A DNA stretch of 64,000 nt from Candidatus Kapaibacterium sp. (GCA_041675005.1 JBAYUQ010000007.1:89-64088), one strand, 5' to 3'; shown: positions 27,204 to 38,793, counted from the stretch's first letter. Program-made: numbers and translations. The notes: a model not told the origin generated them from the letters alone.

Positions 27204-28333
27204 TCTAATCCTTTTCTACTCCATTTTGCATTTTGATTACCATAGAGATAATGCAATATCCCTTTTATGAAACCGATATTCATAGAGACAAAGAACAGTG
27301 GTATTTTCAGCGGATTGGGCATTTTAGCTTTTTCTAATAAGAAACCTATAGCACTTATAACAAGCAATACACTAAATAGATAAGCGGTAATTAATCCAAA
27401 ATGCGTATCCAACATAAACAGTGAAGTAACATAAGCTAATAACAAGAATAAAGAAGAGAACCATCTAAGAATCTTATGAGACCAAAGAAAGAAAGCACTC
27501 CATCCGTTACTCATCGAAAGTAAATCTTTGAAAGCAAATATAGTAGATAGTCCACCACCTACTAGTCGCTTTCTACGAGAGTAATCTTCGAAGAAATTTG
27601 ACTTTCGTACTTCGTATATTTTATTATTCTCATCAAAATAGACACGCTTTCCTTTCTTTATACTCGTTAGTATAGAGTGTAAATCATCGCAATATTTATC
27701 TGAAGGAATATTATCGAAAATATCTTTCTTAATTATATAGCTTCCAAGAGAGTTAACACAAGAAGCTATTTCACTCTCATTTCTTCTTATATATGATTCA
27801 TATTTCTGATAAATTGATTCGCCTTCTTTTGAATCTTCACCACTCTTAGTTCTCATCTCTATTGGGCAAATGATAATCCCAACATCAAGCTTACCGAAGT
27901 TTTCAAGTATATTTTTTATACTATTTTCTTTCAATCTAAAATCAGCATCTATGAAAAGAAGATTCTCATTTTTAGATTCTTTAACTAATTGATTTAGAGT
28001 TTGGTTTTTACCCTGTCTAGGAAAGTCAAATACTTTTACCAAATCATTATTGAGTGCTTTCACAAACTCAACTGTCCTATCATCACTACCGTCTGAGCCA
28101 ACTAGAATCTCTATGTCTAGCCCAGCAATATCTGATTGAAGTATAGATTCGATACAATCAACAATATGTTCTTCTTCATTATAAGCCGCTATTATTATAC
28201 TTAGCGAGTTTATCGCTTCGTTTTTTTGCTTTATCTTATTTTTTGGAAGTATAGCCAGAATTATCGGATAGATAACCAATGGATATGCAAATAGAACAAG
28301 CAAAATAGCAAGTATAATAGACATTACATCCAT
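27200..28333 (-). CDS. membrane-anchored GT2 glycosyltransferase
   Basis: 'LSIIIAAYNEEEHI', 'ILVGSDGSDDRT', 'IDADFRL' plus C-terminal TM segments. Paralog of the next gene. Confidence 0.6.
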   Translation of the reverse strand: MDVMSIILAILLVLFAYPLVIYPIILAILPKNKIKQKNEAINSLSIIIAAYNEEEHIVDCIESILQSDIAGLDIEILVGSDGSDDRTVEFVKALNNDLVKVFDFPRQGKNQTLNQLVKESKNENLLFIDADFRLKENSIKNILENFGKLDVGIIICPIEMRTKSGEDSKEGESIYQKYESYIRRNESEIASCVNSLGSYIIKKDIFDNIPSDKYCDDLHSILTSIKKGKRVYFDENNKIYEVRKSNFFEDYSRRKRLVGGGLSTIFAFKDLLSMSNGWSAFFLWSHKILRWFSSLFLLLAYVTSLFMLDTHFGLITAYLFSVLLVISAIGFLLEKAKMPNPLKIPLFFVSMNIGFIKGILHYLYGNQNAKWSRKGLD

Positions 28334-28382
28334 ATATTCACCTCTTTGATTGATTCAAATCTGATATGTTGTTGATTATTTC

Positions 28383-29528
28383 TCACTCTAATCCTTTTCT
28401 ACTCCAAATAGCGTTTTGTTTTTTCTTATAAAACTGAATAATACCTTCCACAAATCCTATGTTCATAGATATAAAGAACAGAGGTAATTTCAGTGGGTTA
28501 CTTAAACGATTTTTCTCAAGTACATAGCCGATTATACTTAGGACTATTGTAATCGTGAAAAAGTACATAAAACCAGCACCAATTGCTGTATCTAATATTA
28601 AGAAAGACGCAATGTAAGCTAGTAATAGTATAATAGATGAGTACCATCTAAGTATTTTATGTGACCATAAGAAAAGTGAAGTCCACCCATAAGTTGGGTT
28701 TAGCAGTTTAGGGAAGCTAAATATAGTTGCTAATCCACCTCCTACTAACCTTTTACGTCTTTGATATTCTTCGCCAAAGTTTCTCTCTCTTACGTCAACT
28801 ATATTTATTTTCTTACTGAAAATGACTTTTTTCTTGTTTTGAATAGTCACAAGAAGTGAATAAAGATCATCACATACTTTGTCATTCGGGAATTTTTGGA
28901 ATAACTCTTTGCGTATAGCATGGCTACCGAGTGAGTTGATATTGCTCTTTAATAACGATTCTCTTTCCCTAAGGAAGCTATCGTATTTCTGATAGAAAGA
29001 TTCACCCTTAGAGCCAGTGTTGTCATCTGATTGGCTGAATTCAACTGAGTAAACCAAACAACCAACTTTATCTTTCAGAATCGTATTTGTTTGCTTCAGT
29101 GATTCTGTTTTTAAACGACAATCTGCATCAAGAACAAGCATAATTGAACCACTCATCTCATCAGATAAGTGATTTAGAATAGAGTTTTTTCCAACTCTTT
29201 CATGCCTAAAGTACTTTACGTTTTCATATTCTTGAGCTATTTTTTTTATAATCTCATCAGTTTTATCGGTCGAACCATCTGAACCGACTAGAATTTCTAA
29301 CTGTGACTGAGGGTAATCTGCTTTTATAACAGAATGAATACAATCATAAATATAATCTTCTTCGTTATAAGCAGCAATTAATACAGATATTTTCTCTAAA
29401 TTCTCTTCGTTATTTCCAAAAATAACGCTCTTATTAACAGTCAAAACATACAATATTACAGGATAAAGTATATAGACATAAGTCACCAGTAGTAAAGACA
29501 ATAGTAATATAAATAGGGATATACTCAT
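28383..29528 (-). CDS. membrane-anchored GT2 glycosyltransferase (paralog)
   Basis: 'ISVLIAAYNEEDYI', 'ILVGSDGSTDKT', 'LDADCRL'. Shares a conserved C-terminal block (RRKRLVGGGL.TIF.F..LL..) with the previous gene. Confidence 0.6.
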   Translation of the reverse strand: MSISLFILLLSLLLVTYVYILYPVILYVLTVNKSVIFGNNEENLEKISVLIAAYNEEDYIYDCIHSVIKADYPQSQLEILVGSDGSTDKTDEIIKKIAQEYENVKYFRHERVGKNSILNHLSDEMSGSIMLVLDADCRLKTESLKQTNTILKDKVGCLVYSVEFSQSDDNTGSKGESFYQKYDSFLRERESLLKSNINSLGSHAIRKELFQKFPNDKVCDDLYSLLVTIQNKKKVIFSKKINIVDVRERNFGEEYQRRKRLVGGGLATIFSFPKLLNPTYGWTSLFLWSHKILRWYSSIILLLAYIASFLILDTAIGAGFMYFFTITIVLSIIGYVLEKNRLSNPLKLPLFFISMNIGFVEGIIQFYKKKQNAIWSRKGLE

Positions 29529-29534
29529 TATAAA

Positions 29535-31178
29535 CTAGAAGTCCTCCAGAGTTAGGATAACTCTAAAATAATTATTCGATTCCACTTTTGTTTCGTAAGA
29601 GTACATAGCTTTCAAATTAAGATTTCTAATCAATTCTAACCCAACAGAAAGTTCAAATATACTTGTTTTTATTAGATTTCCATCTAAGAATTCTATTCCT
29701 GTTAATTTATCATCTGGTCTTCGTGATTGATTTTCATCTCCCCCAACATTACCAACTAGTTCGTTATTCTCAAATACATTTTCACCATGTCTAGTATTAA
29801 TATAGCGGAAGCTAATCGGGTATTTGTTGCTTATCCAATAGTTTATCATAAACCCAATGTAATCGGAATTAGGTTTGATAATCGAGCCAAGTAATCCTTT
29901 ATCATTGGTATATGAGTTCAATCCATTGAAATGTGAGTACGTATATGGCTCAACTCTAGAATACTCTATCCCTACATCTATTGGTAAATCAAGAGAGTAA
30001 GTTGCGGCTATGTTCCAAGCAGTCTTATTGCTCCAATATCCATTACCTATTTCACTTATTATTATATCATCAAGTAAGAAGCTACCTTTGAGTTGTAAGT
30101 TCTTTAGAGGACGAATAGTCGCATCTATTCCCATCATTGAATTATCTCTATCTCGTAGTGCATGTTCTAGAGATTTAAAAAAAGAGATTGGGTTCAAGTA
30201 TGCAAAATCTATAGAGCGGTCGGAGTATATTACACTTTCCCAAAGAGCAAATTCACCCCATGATGGGCGGAATGCAAATCGGTGCATCACTAAAAACTTA
30301 TCAGGTATAACCGAGTTAAAGCCCTGACTTATATTAGAATCTTGAGGAGAAGAAAGCAAAGATCCATGAGTAAAACGATACTCAAAGCTACTGAACTTTG
30401 CTCCTAAACTAAGTGCATCGAATGGTTGCGAGGAGTTAGAAATAAACACTTTCTGAAATAAGCCAGCACCTAAGTTTCTTACTTCTCTACCAAGAGTGGC
30501 ATAAAACCAAGAGTTATCATAGCGTATATGCGATTGAGTGAAGTCCAAATCACTTTCTAAAAACGCAAACTTTACGTTATTTCTATATGATTGCTCTCTA
30601 TCTATAGCTAATTTCCTATCGCCAGAGATGATTGAACCATTTGTAGCTTGTAAGTAATACCCAAATGAATTAGAGAGTGTTCCCATAAGCCTAACCCCAC
30701 CATGTAGTAAAACACTTTTACTCTCATCATAATATTGATAATTAGAAAAAAAGGATTCTGCTTTTATTAGTGGTTTTAGTTCAACGTTGCTATTGCTATC
30801 AGTGTACTTGTATATATACTTGTCTTTGTTACTAATCAAATCAGAGAAGAATATATTATCAGTATTTTGTTCATTCTCGAATACAACTGTATTTCTTTCA
30901 GGTAGCGCATTAAATTCTTTCAAATAGAATGTTACAATTTCTTTATCACTATCTGATAGATTTTTGTCGTTATACATTTGGTTCAAAATAGCAGTAATTT
31001 CTTTTCTTTGGAGTGGTAAACTAGATAGAGATTTATGCTCCAAATATCCTTTATTTTCAGCTCTTAAAAGATAATCATATACGGGGGAAGTCAATGGAAC
31101 GTGTTCCACCTGTGCTTCAAGCATGCCGCTAGTTAAAGAAATAACTAGTAGAGCCGATATGATTAATCTTTTTGTCAT
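29535..31178 (-). CDS. secreted/outer-membrane protein of the EPS locus (function unknown)
   Basis: Signal peptide (MTKRLIISALLVISLTSGMLEAQ), 547 aa, beta-rich. Position between the exporter and the GTs suggests a capsule/EPS assembly role. Confidence 0.4.
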   Translation of the reverse strand: MTKRLIISALLVISLTSGMLEAQVEHVPLTSPVYDYLLRAENKGYLEHKSLSSLPLQRKEITAILNQMYNDKNLSDSDKEIVTFYLKEFNALPERNTVVFENEQNTDNIFFSDLISNKDKYIYKYTDSNSNVELKPLIKAESFFSNYQYYDESKSVLLHGGVRLMGTLSNSFGYYLQATNGSIISGDRKLAIDREQSYRNNVKFAFLESDLDFTQSHIRYDNSWFYATLGREVRNLGAGLFQKVFISNSSQPFDALSLGAKFSSFEYRFTHGSLLSSPQDSNISQGFNSVIPDKFLVMHRFAFRPSWGEFALWESVIYSDRSIDFAYLNPISFFKSLEHALRDRDNSMMGIDATIRPLKNLQLKGSFLLDDIIISEIGNGYWSNKTAWNIAATYSLDLPIDVGIEYSRVEPYTYSHFNGLNSYTNDKGLLGSIIKPNSDYIGFMINYWISNKYPISFRYINTRHGENVFENNELVGNVGGDENQSRRPDDKLTGIEFLDGNLIKTSIFELSVGLELIRNLNLKAMYSYETKVESNNYFRVILTLEDF

Positions 31179-32893
31179 TAATTTTTAACTGTATTCACGA
31201 TATTGACAATCAAGAAACCAAGAGACAAAATGATACTACCGATTGCAGCATAAGTAGAGACTTTCGCTTGTTCTGTTGATGTCGAAACATCAACTTCTCC
31301 AGGGACGTATATATAATCCCCGTCATAGACTAGGGTCTCTTCTATATCACCTTCCCACGAACTTGTGTTCTTCCTTATTACAGCTGTACGATCTTCATCA
31401 GCAACGTTAGTAAACCCACCCGTCTTAGTAATATAATACTGAATGTTTTGCCCTTTTTGGAATTCTACAAAACCTGGATTTTCTACTCTTCCGAATACAT
31501 AAACTCTATTGGGACTAGTTGGTATTACTATCTCATCGCCATTTTCTAAAGTTACATCAAAGTTTTTATCACTCAAGGCTTTTGTGAAATCTACAGATAC
31601 TAGTGGTTCTATAGCGTGTACGTCAAGCGTATATCTTACAGTATCTTCGAGTGTTAGATTACTCTTTCTGAATAACTTGAATGCTTCAGTTCTTGATTGA
31701 CTTAACTCATCAAATTCATTACTTTTTCTGTATAATTTAGCAAGAGGTAAATATGCACCTTCTGTTATGCCTCCAGCTTTCTCAATAATTTCTCTAAGAG
31801 TTGTTTTAGAATTAACAATCGGAAATGCACCCGGACTATTTACATATCCTCTGACAGTAACTACTCCCTCTTCTATTGACTGTCTCTCTTCTAAATTAGC
31901 TGCGATGACTACTGCACCTTGACTAAGTAATCTGTCATTATCTACAACTATTTTGCCGTCTTTTGCATTTAGCTTTATTTTACTGCCATTGTCGAATAAA
32001 TATATGTTATCCGTATCTGCAAATGAAGTCAAACCTAAACCATACTCTACTAGTTCAGATAGTTTATCGCCACTTTTAAAAGGAATAGAGATAGGTCTAT
32101 TAACTTCACCCGAAATTGAGATTGTACCGAAGTTAGTTCTGTTGAAAGGTACTATTATTCTATCCCCTTGTCTTACATAAGGATTGTTAAACGCATTATC
32201 TTTAGATTTTGCTTTTACTAAATCCACAAGAGTACTCGAACCATCTTCATGAACAACTAATATATTTCTTTTCCAATAGTCAACAATCTCACTATTATCT
32301 TGATTTCTCGAATAAGTTCTCTTTATCCTCATTCTTTCTTGAATGTAAGTATCTTCACTAGCGTTGCTTTTTTCAGAAATAGGACCTCTCTTATTTGCTA
32401 TTTGAATAGCATCGGAGACCTTGAAAGTTGAAGGAAGATTATAAACACTTGAGTTAAGTACATTACCTTCAACTTCTACGAATGACAGATGTGATCTTTG
32501 GAATGATGTAGTGACTATAGCATCCGATTTATATTTAGTTATATTCTCTTCTATTAACTTACGTACTTCAGTTAGTGTCTTTCCATTTACATCTACCAAC
32601 CCACCGGAGCGTGGTAATAATATCATATTATCTGGAGATACTACAACAGGTACAGGTGTTGTTAACATTGGTATTGCCTTAATCATAAGCACATCACCTG
32701 GGCCCAGATAATAATAATCGGGATTTACTATATTAGAAACAGGCAGTTGCTCTGTTTCAAACATTTGAGAATCCATTCCTTTATTATTCTCTATTTCACT
32801 TTTCAGTATTGAGCTACTTTCACTCATGCCTGTTACTTGTGCCATCAAACTAACAGTCGATAGCAACATAACAATAAAATACCTTAACTTCAT
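31178..32893 (-). CDS. polysaccharide export protein (Wza-like, SLBB repeats)
   Basis: Signal peptide. 'YYLGPGDVLMIKAIP' polysaccharide-export motif, then repeated soluble-ligand-binding-beta-grasp-like segments. C-terminal TM helix. Confidence 0.7.
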   Translation of the reverse strand: MKLRYFIVMLLSTVSLMAQVTGMSESSSILKSEIENNKGMDSQMFETEQLPVSNIVNPDYYYLGPGDVLMIKAIPMLTTPVPVVVSPDNMILLPRSGGLVDVNGKTLTEVRKLIEENITKYKSDAIVTTSFQRSHLSFVEVEGNVLNSSVYNLPSTFKVSDAIQIANKRGPISEKSNASEDTYIQERMRIKRTYSRNQDNSEIVDYWKRNILVVHEDGSSTLVDLVKAKSKDNAFNNPYVRQGDRIIVPFNRTNFGTISISGEVNRPISIPFKSGDKLSELVEYGLGLTSFADTDNIYLFDNGSKIKLNAKDGKIVVDNDRLLSQGAVVIAANLEERQSIEEGVVTVRGYVNSPGAFPIVNSKTTLREIIEKAGGITEGAYLPLAKLYRKSNEFDELSQSRTEAFKLFRKSNLTLEDTVRYTLDVHAIEPLVSVDFTKALSDKNFDVTLENGDEIVIPTSPNRVYVFGRVENPGFVEFQKGQNIQYYITKTGGFTNVADEDRTAVIRKNTSSWEGDIEETLVYDGDYIYVPGEVDVSTSTEQAKVSTYAAIGSIILSLGFLIVNIVNTVKN

Positions 32894-33996
32894 TTACTCT
32901 CCGACAATCTATTACTTATTACTTCGGCGATTCTCTCGGCCGCATTACCGTCCCAAAGGTAAGGAACACTTCCCGTTTTTCTATCGCCACTCAAATATTT
33001 ATTTACAGCTTTCTCTATATCATTTTTATTCGGTTGTACTAATATATTAGTACCCAATTCTATCGTGCTTGGCCTTTCTGTAGTAGTTCTGATTGTAATA
33101 CAATCAACACCTAATGCAGTTGTTTCTTCTTGTATTCCACCCGAATCCGTCATTACGAAATCGCAATTCTTCATCAAATTAAGAAAATCAAGATACCCCA
33201 ATGGCTCAGTAATAACTAGATTTTCTATTGCTTCTAGTTTCTCAGTTAAGCCAAAACTCTCTATGTTTTTCTTCGTTCTTGGGTGCATTGGTATTACGAC
33301 AGTTCTTCGCTTAGATATTAGCTCAAATATATCGAGCAAATCATTCATCTGCTCTTTATTATCTACATTCGAAGGTCTATGAACAGTCGAAAGTACATAC
33401 CCTTTACTAGTAAGTCCCAATCTTTCTAGTACATTATTTCCAGCAAGTTTTTGCAAAGCAAAATGCTGTGAATCAATCATCGTATTCCCAACAAAATGTA
33501 TATTCTTTTCGGGATAGTCTTCTTTTAGTAAATTTCTTTTTCCGCTTTCTTCAGTAACGAAAGCAATATCACAAATAGAATCCGTAACCAATCTGTTGAT
33601 TTCCTCGGGCATCTTTCTATCCCCACTACGAAGCCCTGATTCGACGTGAGCAACTGGTATATGCAGTTTAACAGCCGTTAGACTACAAGCAACAGTTGAA
33701 TTGACATCACCTACCACTATTACTAAATCTGGTTTCTCTAATTCCAATATTCTCTCGAATTCAACCATAACTTTGGCTGTTTGCTGGGCATGAGTACCTG
33801 AGCCAACACTTAAAAAGTGCTTTGGATGTGGCATTTCCAAATCTTGGAAAAAGGCATCACTCATATTTTTATCATAGTGCTGTCCCGTATGAACAAGAAA
33901 ATGCTCTATATTGGGATACTTCTCGAACGCTCTGTGTATTGGTGCAACTTTCATAAAATTTGGTCTTGCACCAACCACTGATATTACTTTTTTCAT
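32890..33996 (-). CDS. wecB: UDP-N-acetylglucosamine 2-epimerase (non-hydrolysing)
   Basis: 'VVGARPNFMKVAPI...VHTGQHYDKNMSDAFF' and 'HVESGLRS' WecB motifs. Confidence 0.8.
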   Translation of the reverse strand: MKKVISVVGARPNFMKVAPIHRAFEKYPNIEHFLVHTGQHYDKNMSDAFFQDLEMPHPKHFLSVGSGTHAQQTAKVMVEFERILELEKPDLVIVVGDVNSTVACSLTAVKLHIPVAHVESGLRSGDRKMPEEINRLVTDSICDIAFVTEESGKRNLLKEDYPEKNIHFVGNTMIDSQHFALQKLAGNNVLERLGLTSKGYVLSTVHRPSNVDNKEQMNDLLDIFELISKRRTVVIPMHPRTKKNIESFGLTEKLEAIENLVITEPLGYLDFLNLMKNCDFVMTDSGGIQEETTALGVDCITIRTTTERPSTIELGTNILVQPNKNDIEKAVNKYLSGDRKTGSVPYLWDGNAAERIAEVISNRLSESK

Positions 33997-35006
33997 CTAT
34001 TGCTGTAATTTGATTTATAATAATCTCTATACTCACCCGAAATAACTCTTTCCACCCAATCCATATTATCCAAGTACCAATCTATTGTCAACTTCAATCC
34101 ATTCTCGAAATCATATTTTGGTGTCCAACCCAGCTCAGAAGAGATTTTGGTATTATCCATAGCGTATCTCTTATCGTGTCCGGGGCGATCCTTAACGTAT
34201 TTAATAAGCGATTCTGGTTTATTAAGATAATTCAGAATCTGTTTTACTATTTCTATATTCGGCATTTCGTTCTCAGCTCCAATATTGTAAACTTGCCCCA
34301 CTCTCCCCTTCTCATATACTTCTAGTATCGCCTGGCAGTGGTCATCTACATATATCCAATCTCTAACGTTCATACCATCACCATAAACAGGTAAATCTTT
34401 ATCGCTAAGAGCGTTCATTATCATCAGTGGTATTAGCTTTTCAGGGAATTGGTAAGGTCCGTAATTATTAGAACATCTAGTAATCAAAGCAGGGAAATCG
34501 AAAGTCTTATAGTAAGAACGAACGAAATTATCGGCAGCTGTCTTAGAAGCCGAATATGGTGAATTTGGTTTCAAATTAGTCTTCTCTGTGAATTTACCAG
34601 TTGCTCCTAGCGAACCATAAACCTCATCAGTCGAAACTTGTAAGTATCTTTCTACATTATGCTTTTTTGCAAAATCTAGTAGATTCACAGTTCCGAATAC
34701 GTTTGTACTGACAAATGGAGAAGAATCCATAATAGAGCGATCTACGTGAGACTCAGCAGCAAAATTAATAGCACCATCGAATTTATGTTCATTGAACACT
34801 GATTCTAAATCTGTTTTACACTCTATATTTCCTTTCACAAATGTATGATTGGGATTATCTACGAGAGAAGCAAGGTTCTCCAAATTACCGGCATAAGTTA
34901 GTGCGTCGAAACTTACGACTTCGTAGTCGCCTTTCTTTAGCATTAGCTTTACAAAGCTACTACCTATGAATCCTGCACTTCCTGTTACTAATATTTTCTT
35001 TGCCAT
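33993..35006 (-). CDS. rfbB: dTDP-glucose 4,6-dehydratase
   Basis: 'ILVTGSAGFIGS', 'DALTYAGNLENL', 'YSASKTAADNFV' (SDR extended family, RmlB-type). Confidence 0.7.
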   Translation of the reverse strand: MAKKILVTGSAGFIGSSFVKLMLKKGDYEVVSFDALTYAGNLENLASLVDNPNHTFVKGNIECKTDLESVFNEHKFDGAINFAAESHVDRSIMDSSPFVSTNVFGTVNLLDFAKKHNVERYLQVSTDEVYGSLGATGKFTEKTNLKPNSPYSASKTAADNFVRSYYKTFDFPALITRCSNNYGPYQFPEKLIPLMIMNALSDKDLPVYGDGMNVRDWIYVDDHCQAILEVYEKGRVGQVYNIGAENEMPNIEIVKQILNYLNKPESLIKYVKDRPGHDKRYAMDNTKISSELGWTPKYDFENGLKLTIDWYLDNMDWVERVISGEYRDYYKSNYSNR

Positions 35007-35012
35007 AAGTTA

Positions 35013-36554
35013 TTAATTGTTTGGTTGAGCGTCCATATTATTTGTTCTACCACTTAGTATCATTGTAGCCGCAGCTAATGAGGCTAAGGAGTTAGAATAA
35101 GTAAGTACAGATACATCTGATCTAATCTCATCTGCTAAGTACGGATTGCCGAAATAGACAGTTATAACTGGTTTACCCATTGCTATTTTCTTCATTATAG
35201 CGCTGATTTTCTCTGCCGTACCTATGTCACCTACATAGGATCTACTTCTGTGGAAGACTGCGAATAGAATAATATCAGCATCATCTGTACCAAGTTTCAT
35301 TTGCTCCAGATCTTCTTCACTTATGTCTTCATTTATATATGCGAAATCACAATCATTTTCGAGTGCTTGTTGCATAAAATTGAAGAACATACTCGCTGGT
35401 CCAAAATCATCTTCTTTCTGCAAAAAAGCGAAACCAGCATATTGCATACCTTCTTGAATCGGTATAACGTTATTTTCTATTTTAAGTTCAACACTTTCTC
35501 GAGCTAGCTCAAGTGCTATTTTCTCATGTTCCATGAAGTGATCTTTGAAATCTTCATCTATACTTGGAGGATTCATAGCTCCAACAAAGTTCATTTCTTT
35601 TTTTAGCTTTCTATAAGATTCATTTAGATGTTCTTTCAACTCTGAATTCTTAGCTATTTCAGCAGATAATTCTTCAATTGCATCGAATGGATTTTCCGGC
35701 ATTAATGCTATATCACCACCAGCTTCAAAGAACTTAATTGTTGCTTCTCCGGATTTATAATGATTAGCTATTGATTTCATTTCGAGCGCATCACTGATAA
35801 TCAGGCCTTCAAAGCCTAACATTTCTTTCAATAATTTAGTTATTACATTATGAGAGAGAGTCGCTGGAATCTTTTCTTCATCCATCGCCTTCACCCATAA
35901 GTGACCAATCATAATAGATTTGATACCATTTTTTATGTTATTTATAAATGGTTTTAGTTCTATCTGAAATTCTTCACCTGTTTTCTCTAATACTGGCAAA
36001 TCTAAATGTGAATCAACTTCCGTGTCTCCATGACCAGGGAAATGCTTCCCACAAGCCAGTACTTTCTCGTTTTGTGTAGCTTTCATGTAGTACACAGAGT
36101 GCTGAGATACTGTTAGATCATCTTCGCCAAAAGCACGAATGTTTATTATTGGGTTCTTCGGATTTGAGTTTATATCGCAAACGGGAGCTAAATTCCAATC
36201 TATACCCAATAGCTTCGCTTCTTTAGCTATGAATTTGGCCGCAATACCTGACTTTGTCGGGTCTTCAGTTCTACCCAATGCCATAGCATGAGGAAATCCA
36301 GTTCCACCCAAAAACCGCATAGGAAGACCGAATTCCATATCTGCACTGAATATTAGTGGTTGTTCCGATATTGCTTTTAGCTCAGTAATCATATTTTTTA
36401 CTTGATTAACTTCACCACCGAATACACAAAAGCCACTAACCCCGTATTCTATTAACTTATGGATTATTTTTTTATAATCTTCTTGCTCATAGTAGTAGGG
36501 TGTATTCAATCTAGGAATAACACATCTTGCCGCTATTTTTAAATTTGATTCCAT
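35013..36554 (-). CDS. GH3 beta-N-acetylhexosaminidase (NagZ-like)
   Basis: 'GKHFPGHGDTEVDSHLDLP' and 'IISDALEM' GH3 motifs. Confidence 0.75.
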   Translation of the reverse strand: MESNLKIAARCVIPRLNTPYYYEQEDYKKIIHKLIEYGVSGFCVFGGEVNQVKNMITELKAISEQPLIFSADMEFGLPMRFLGGTGFPHAMALGRTEDPTKSGIAAKFIAKEAKLLGIDWNLAPVCDINSNPKNPIINIRAFGEDDLTVSQHSVYYMKATQNEKVLACGKHFPGHGDTEVDSHLDLPVLEKTGEEFQIELKPFINNIKNGIKSIMIGHLWVKAMDEEKIPATLSHNVITKLLKEMLGFEGLIISDALEMKSIANHYKSGEATIKFFEAGGDIALMPENPFDAIEELSAEIAKNSELKEHLNESYRKLKKEMNFVGAMNPPSIDEDFKDHFMEHEKIALELARESVELKIENNVIPIQEGMQYAGFAFLQKEDDFGPASMFFNFMQQALENDCDFAYINEDISEEDLEQMKLGTDDADIILFAVFHRSRSYVGDIGTAEKISAIMKKIAMGKPVITVYFGNPYLADEIRSDVSVLTYSNSLASLAAATMILSGRTNNMDAQPNN

Positions 36555-37012
36555 TACTTTTCGTAGTTGTTTATCTTTTCTCTTACAAAACCCGGTATTG
36601 TAACCGGCTTCCCATTTTTTGTATCTACATATACTAATATAGATTTAGCTTCCAATATCAGTTTATTAGCCGAGTAAACCTGATTGACAAACGTAATAGA
36701 GCTATCCCCTATTTTACTTACTCTGGTTAGCACTGTGTATATATCAGTGAACTTCATAGAATTATAATAATCTACTTCGCTATGCACTGTCATTATTGGC
36801 ATACGAATAGAAAAAATACTATCATCACGAGGCATACCTATATCGAACAAATACTGAGTTCTAGCCCATTCCAGCCAATAAAGATAAGCTAGATTATGCA
36901 CTACATTGAACGAATCTACCTCGCTGAATTTTACTTCGCCAGTATATTCGTGTCTGAACTCTTCTCTTTTGTACTTTATTTCCATAATTACTGAGCTAAT
37001 AGTAGGACACAA
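36554..37012 (-). CDS. hotdog-fold acyl-CoA thioesterase (YbgC/4HBT-like)
   Basis: ~150 aa; size and composition fit the 4HBT fold. Confidence 0.45.
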   Translation of the reverse strand: MCPTISSVIMEIKYKREEFRHEYTGEVKFSEVDSFNVVHNLAYLYWLEWARTQYLFDIGMPRDDSIFSIRMPIMTVHSEVDYYNSMKFTDIYTVLTRVSKIGDSSITFVNQVYSANKLILEAKSILVYVDTKNGKPVTIPGFVREKINNYEK

Positions 37013-38022
37013 TCTGTAGTTAATTTAACAGCTTTTTTAGTCTCTTGCTCACTTATCTGGAAGTGGAATACAACTCTTATAGTGTTCTGTCCAATCTCAC
37101 TACAAAGCATTCCTTTTTCTTTCGCTTTTTCTACGAAGTCAGCAGCTTTGATTTGAGGAGCTAATTTGAAATTCACGATATTCGTTTGTACACGAGTCAG
37201 ATCAACTGCTATTAGCGGAGATTCCATTACTTTCTGAGCGAAGTACTTCGCCTTAACGTGGTCACCTTTTAGATGCTTTATGTGATGTTTTATAGCATGA
37301 AGTCCACCAGCTGCTATGATACCTGCCTGACGCATACCTCCACCAAGCATTTTTCTGAATTTTCTACCACGGTTGACATGTTCCCATGTACCAGCTAGTA
37401 CAGATCCAACTGGAGCACCAAGCCCCTTAGATAAACAAACTGAAACAGTATCGAATGGCTCAGCATATTTCTCTAGAGCTATACCTGTCTCAGCGTGGGC
37501 GTTCCATAGTCTAGCACCATCTAAGTGCATTTTTATCTCGTGTTTGTCAGCCAATTCTTTTACTTGTTGCGTATAAGCAACATCGAGCAAAGTACCGCCA
37601 TGTCTATTATGTGAATTTTCAAGAGTAATCAATGAAGATCGGGAATTATAATAAATATTTGGTCGAATAGCAGCTTCTATATCTTCAATCGCTGGGCTTC
37701 CATAATCAGAAGGAATACAACGGCACATAACACCTGAGAATACAGCCGGTGCTCCAGTTTCATAATGGAATATATGAGCATCAGCATCCATAATTACTTC
37801 GTGACCGGGTTTAGTGTGTAACTTTATAGCAATCTGATTAGCCATAACACCTGAAGGCACAAAAAGTCCAGCTTCTTTACCTAATAGATTTGAGACTGCT
37901 CTTTCTAATTCTTTTACTGAGGGGTCTTCTTTGTAAACATCATCTCCAACCTCTGCCTCTGCCATAGCTTTACGCATTTCGTCTGTTGGTTTTGTTACGG
38001 TATCGCTTCTTAAATCAATCAT
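36988..38022 (-). CDS. ltaE: low-specificity L-threonine aldolase
   Basis: N-terminal '[30 protein letters not shown]' threonine aldolase signature; PLP-lysine region '[12 protein letters not shown]'. Confidence 0.8.
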   Translation of the reverse strand: MIDLRSDTVTKPTDEMRKAMAEAEVGDDVYKEDPSVKELERAVSNLLGKEAGLFVPSGVMANQIAIKLHTKPGHEVIMDADAHIFHYETGAPAVFSGVMCRCIPSDYGSPAIEDIEAAIRPNIYYNSRSSLITLENSHNRHGGTLLDVAYTQQVKELADKHEIKMHLDGARLWNAHAETGIALEKYAEPFDTVSVCLSKGLGAPVGSVLAGTWEHVNRGRKFRKMLGGGMRQAGIIAAGGLHAIKHHIKHLKGDHVKAKYFAQKVMESPLIAVDLTRVQTNIVNFKLAPQIKAADFVEKAKEKGMLCSEIGQNTIRVVFHFQISEQETKKAVKLTTDCVLLLAQ

Positions 38023-38109
38023 AATTCTTTTTCTTACATTTAGTTAAAATATATAACTACAAAGATAAAGAATATACACGTTAATTTGAATTTTTAGGAG
38101 AGTTTGTGG

Positions 38110-38781
38110 CTAATTCAAGAATCCTAAAAAAGATTGTCCAGATAATCCATAGAAATACTCGCCGGCTAGCATGACTAAACCTACGGAAATAGGAATAGAT
38201 AAGTTATCGTCTATTTTTATTACTTTAGAAACAGCTTCAACGAATCCACCGATAGTAGCAGCTATAACACCTATAATGAGATAACTAAATGGCAAATCGA
38301 ACAAATTGTAATAGATGAAAATAATAGCAATTGCAGAAACGATGAAAGAAATAGTCCCTTCCCATGATTTATCAAAGAATCCATGCTTACCGAAACGACG
38401 CCCGATAAGTGCGGCACAAATATCTGAGATAATTAGAATAGTAAAACCAGTAATCGTGATGATTTTAGGGAAAGCTAAGACACAAATTGTAGCTGAAATG
38501 AGTACCCAAGTTGCCCCATTGAAAAAACCTTTACCTTTCTTTTCATGAGGCCTGAGCATTTGACCGAAGTATTTCAGCATTAAATTGATGAAAAACTGTA
38601 CATTTTTGGACAGTATGTCGAATATTACAAATAAGATAGTAGCAGGAACAAGGACGCTCAACATATTTTCTCGAGTAAAAAAAATGTAGCTAATCGGAAT
38701 AGAAAGAGAAGCTAAATGAATACCTTTTCTTAGAATTTCCTGCTTATAACTTATATTGCTTTCATTTGACATACAAAACAA
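38110..38781 (-). CDS. CTP-dependent polyprenol/dolichol/phytol-kinase-like membrane protein (PF01148-type)
   Basis: 'ILRKGIHL' N-terminal motif and 'DICAALIGRRFGKHGFFDKSWEG' (D..A..[IV]G...GKH......KS.EG) as in the dolichol/phytol kinase subgroup; 6 TM. Confidence 0.5.
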   Translation of the reverse strand: MFCMSNESNISYKQEILRKGIHLASLSIPISYIFFTRENMLSVLVPATILFVIFDILSKNVQFFINLMLKYFGQMLRPHEKKGKGFFNGATWVLISATICVLAFPKIITITGFTILIISDICAALIGRRFGKHGFFDKSWEGTISFIVSAIAIIFIYYNLFDLPFSYLIIGVIAATIGGFVEAVSKVIKIDDNLSIPISVGLVMLAGEYFYGLSGQSFLGFLN

Positions 38782-38793
38782 AAATAGAATAAA

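Noticed and set aside
23064-36554. Exopolysaccharide/glycosylation locus as a novel system
   Set aside because: Its composition (initiating transferase, GT2/GT4s, Wza-like exporter, wecB, rfbB) is that of an ordinary EPS/O-antigen-type cluster. The tandem GT2 paralogs (27200-29528) are a simple duplication.
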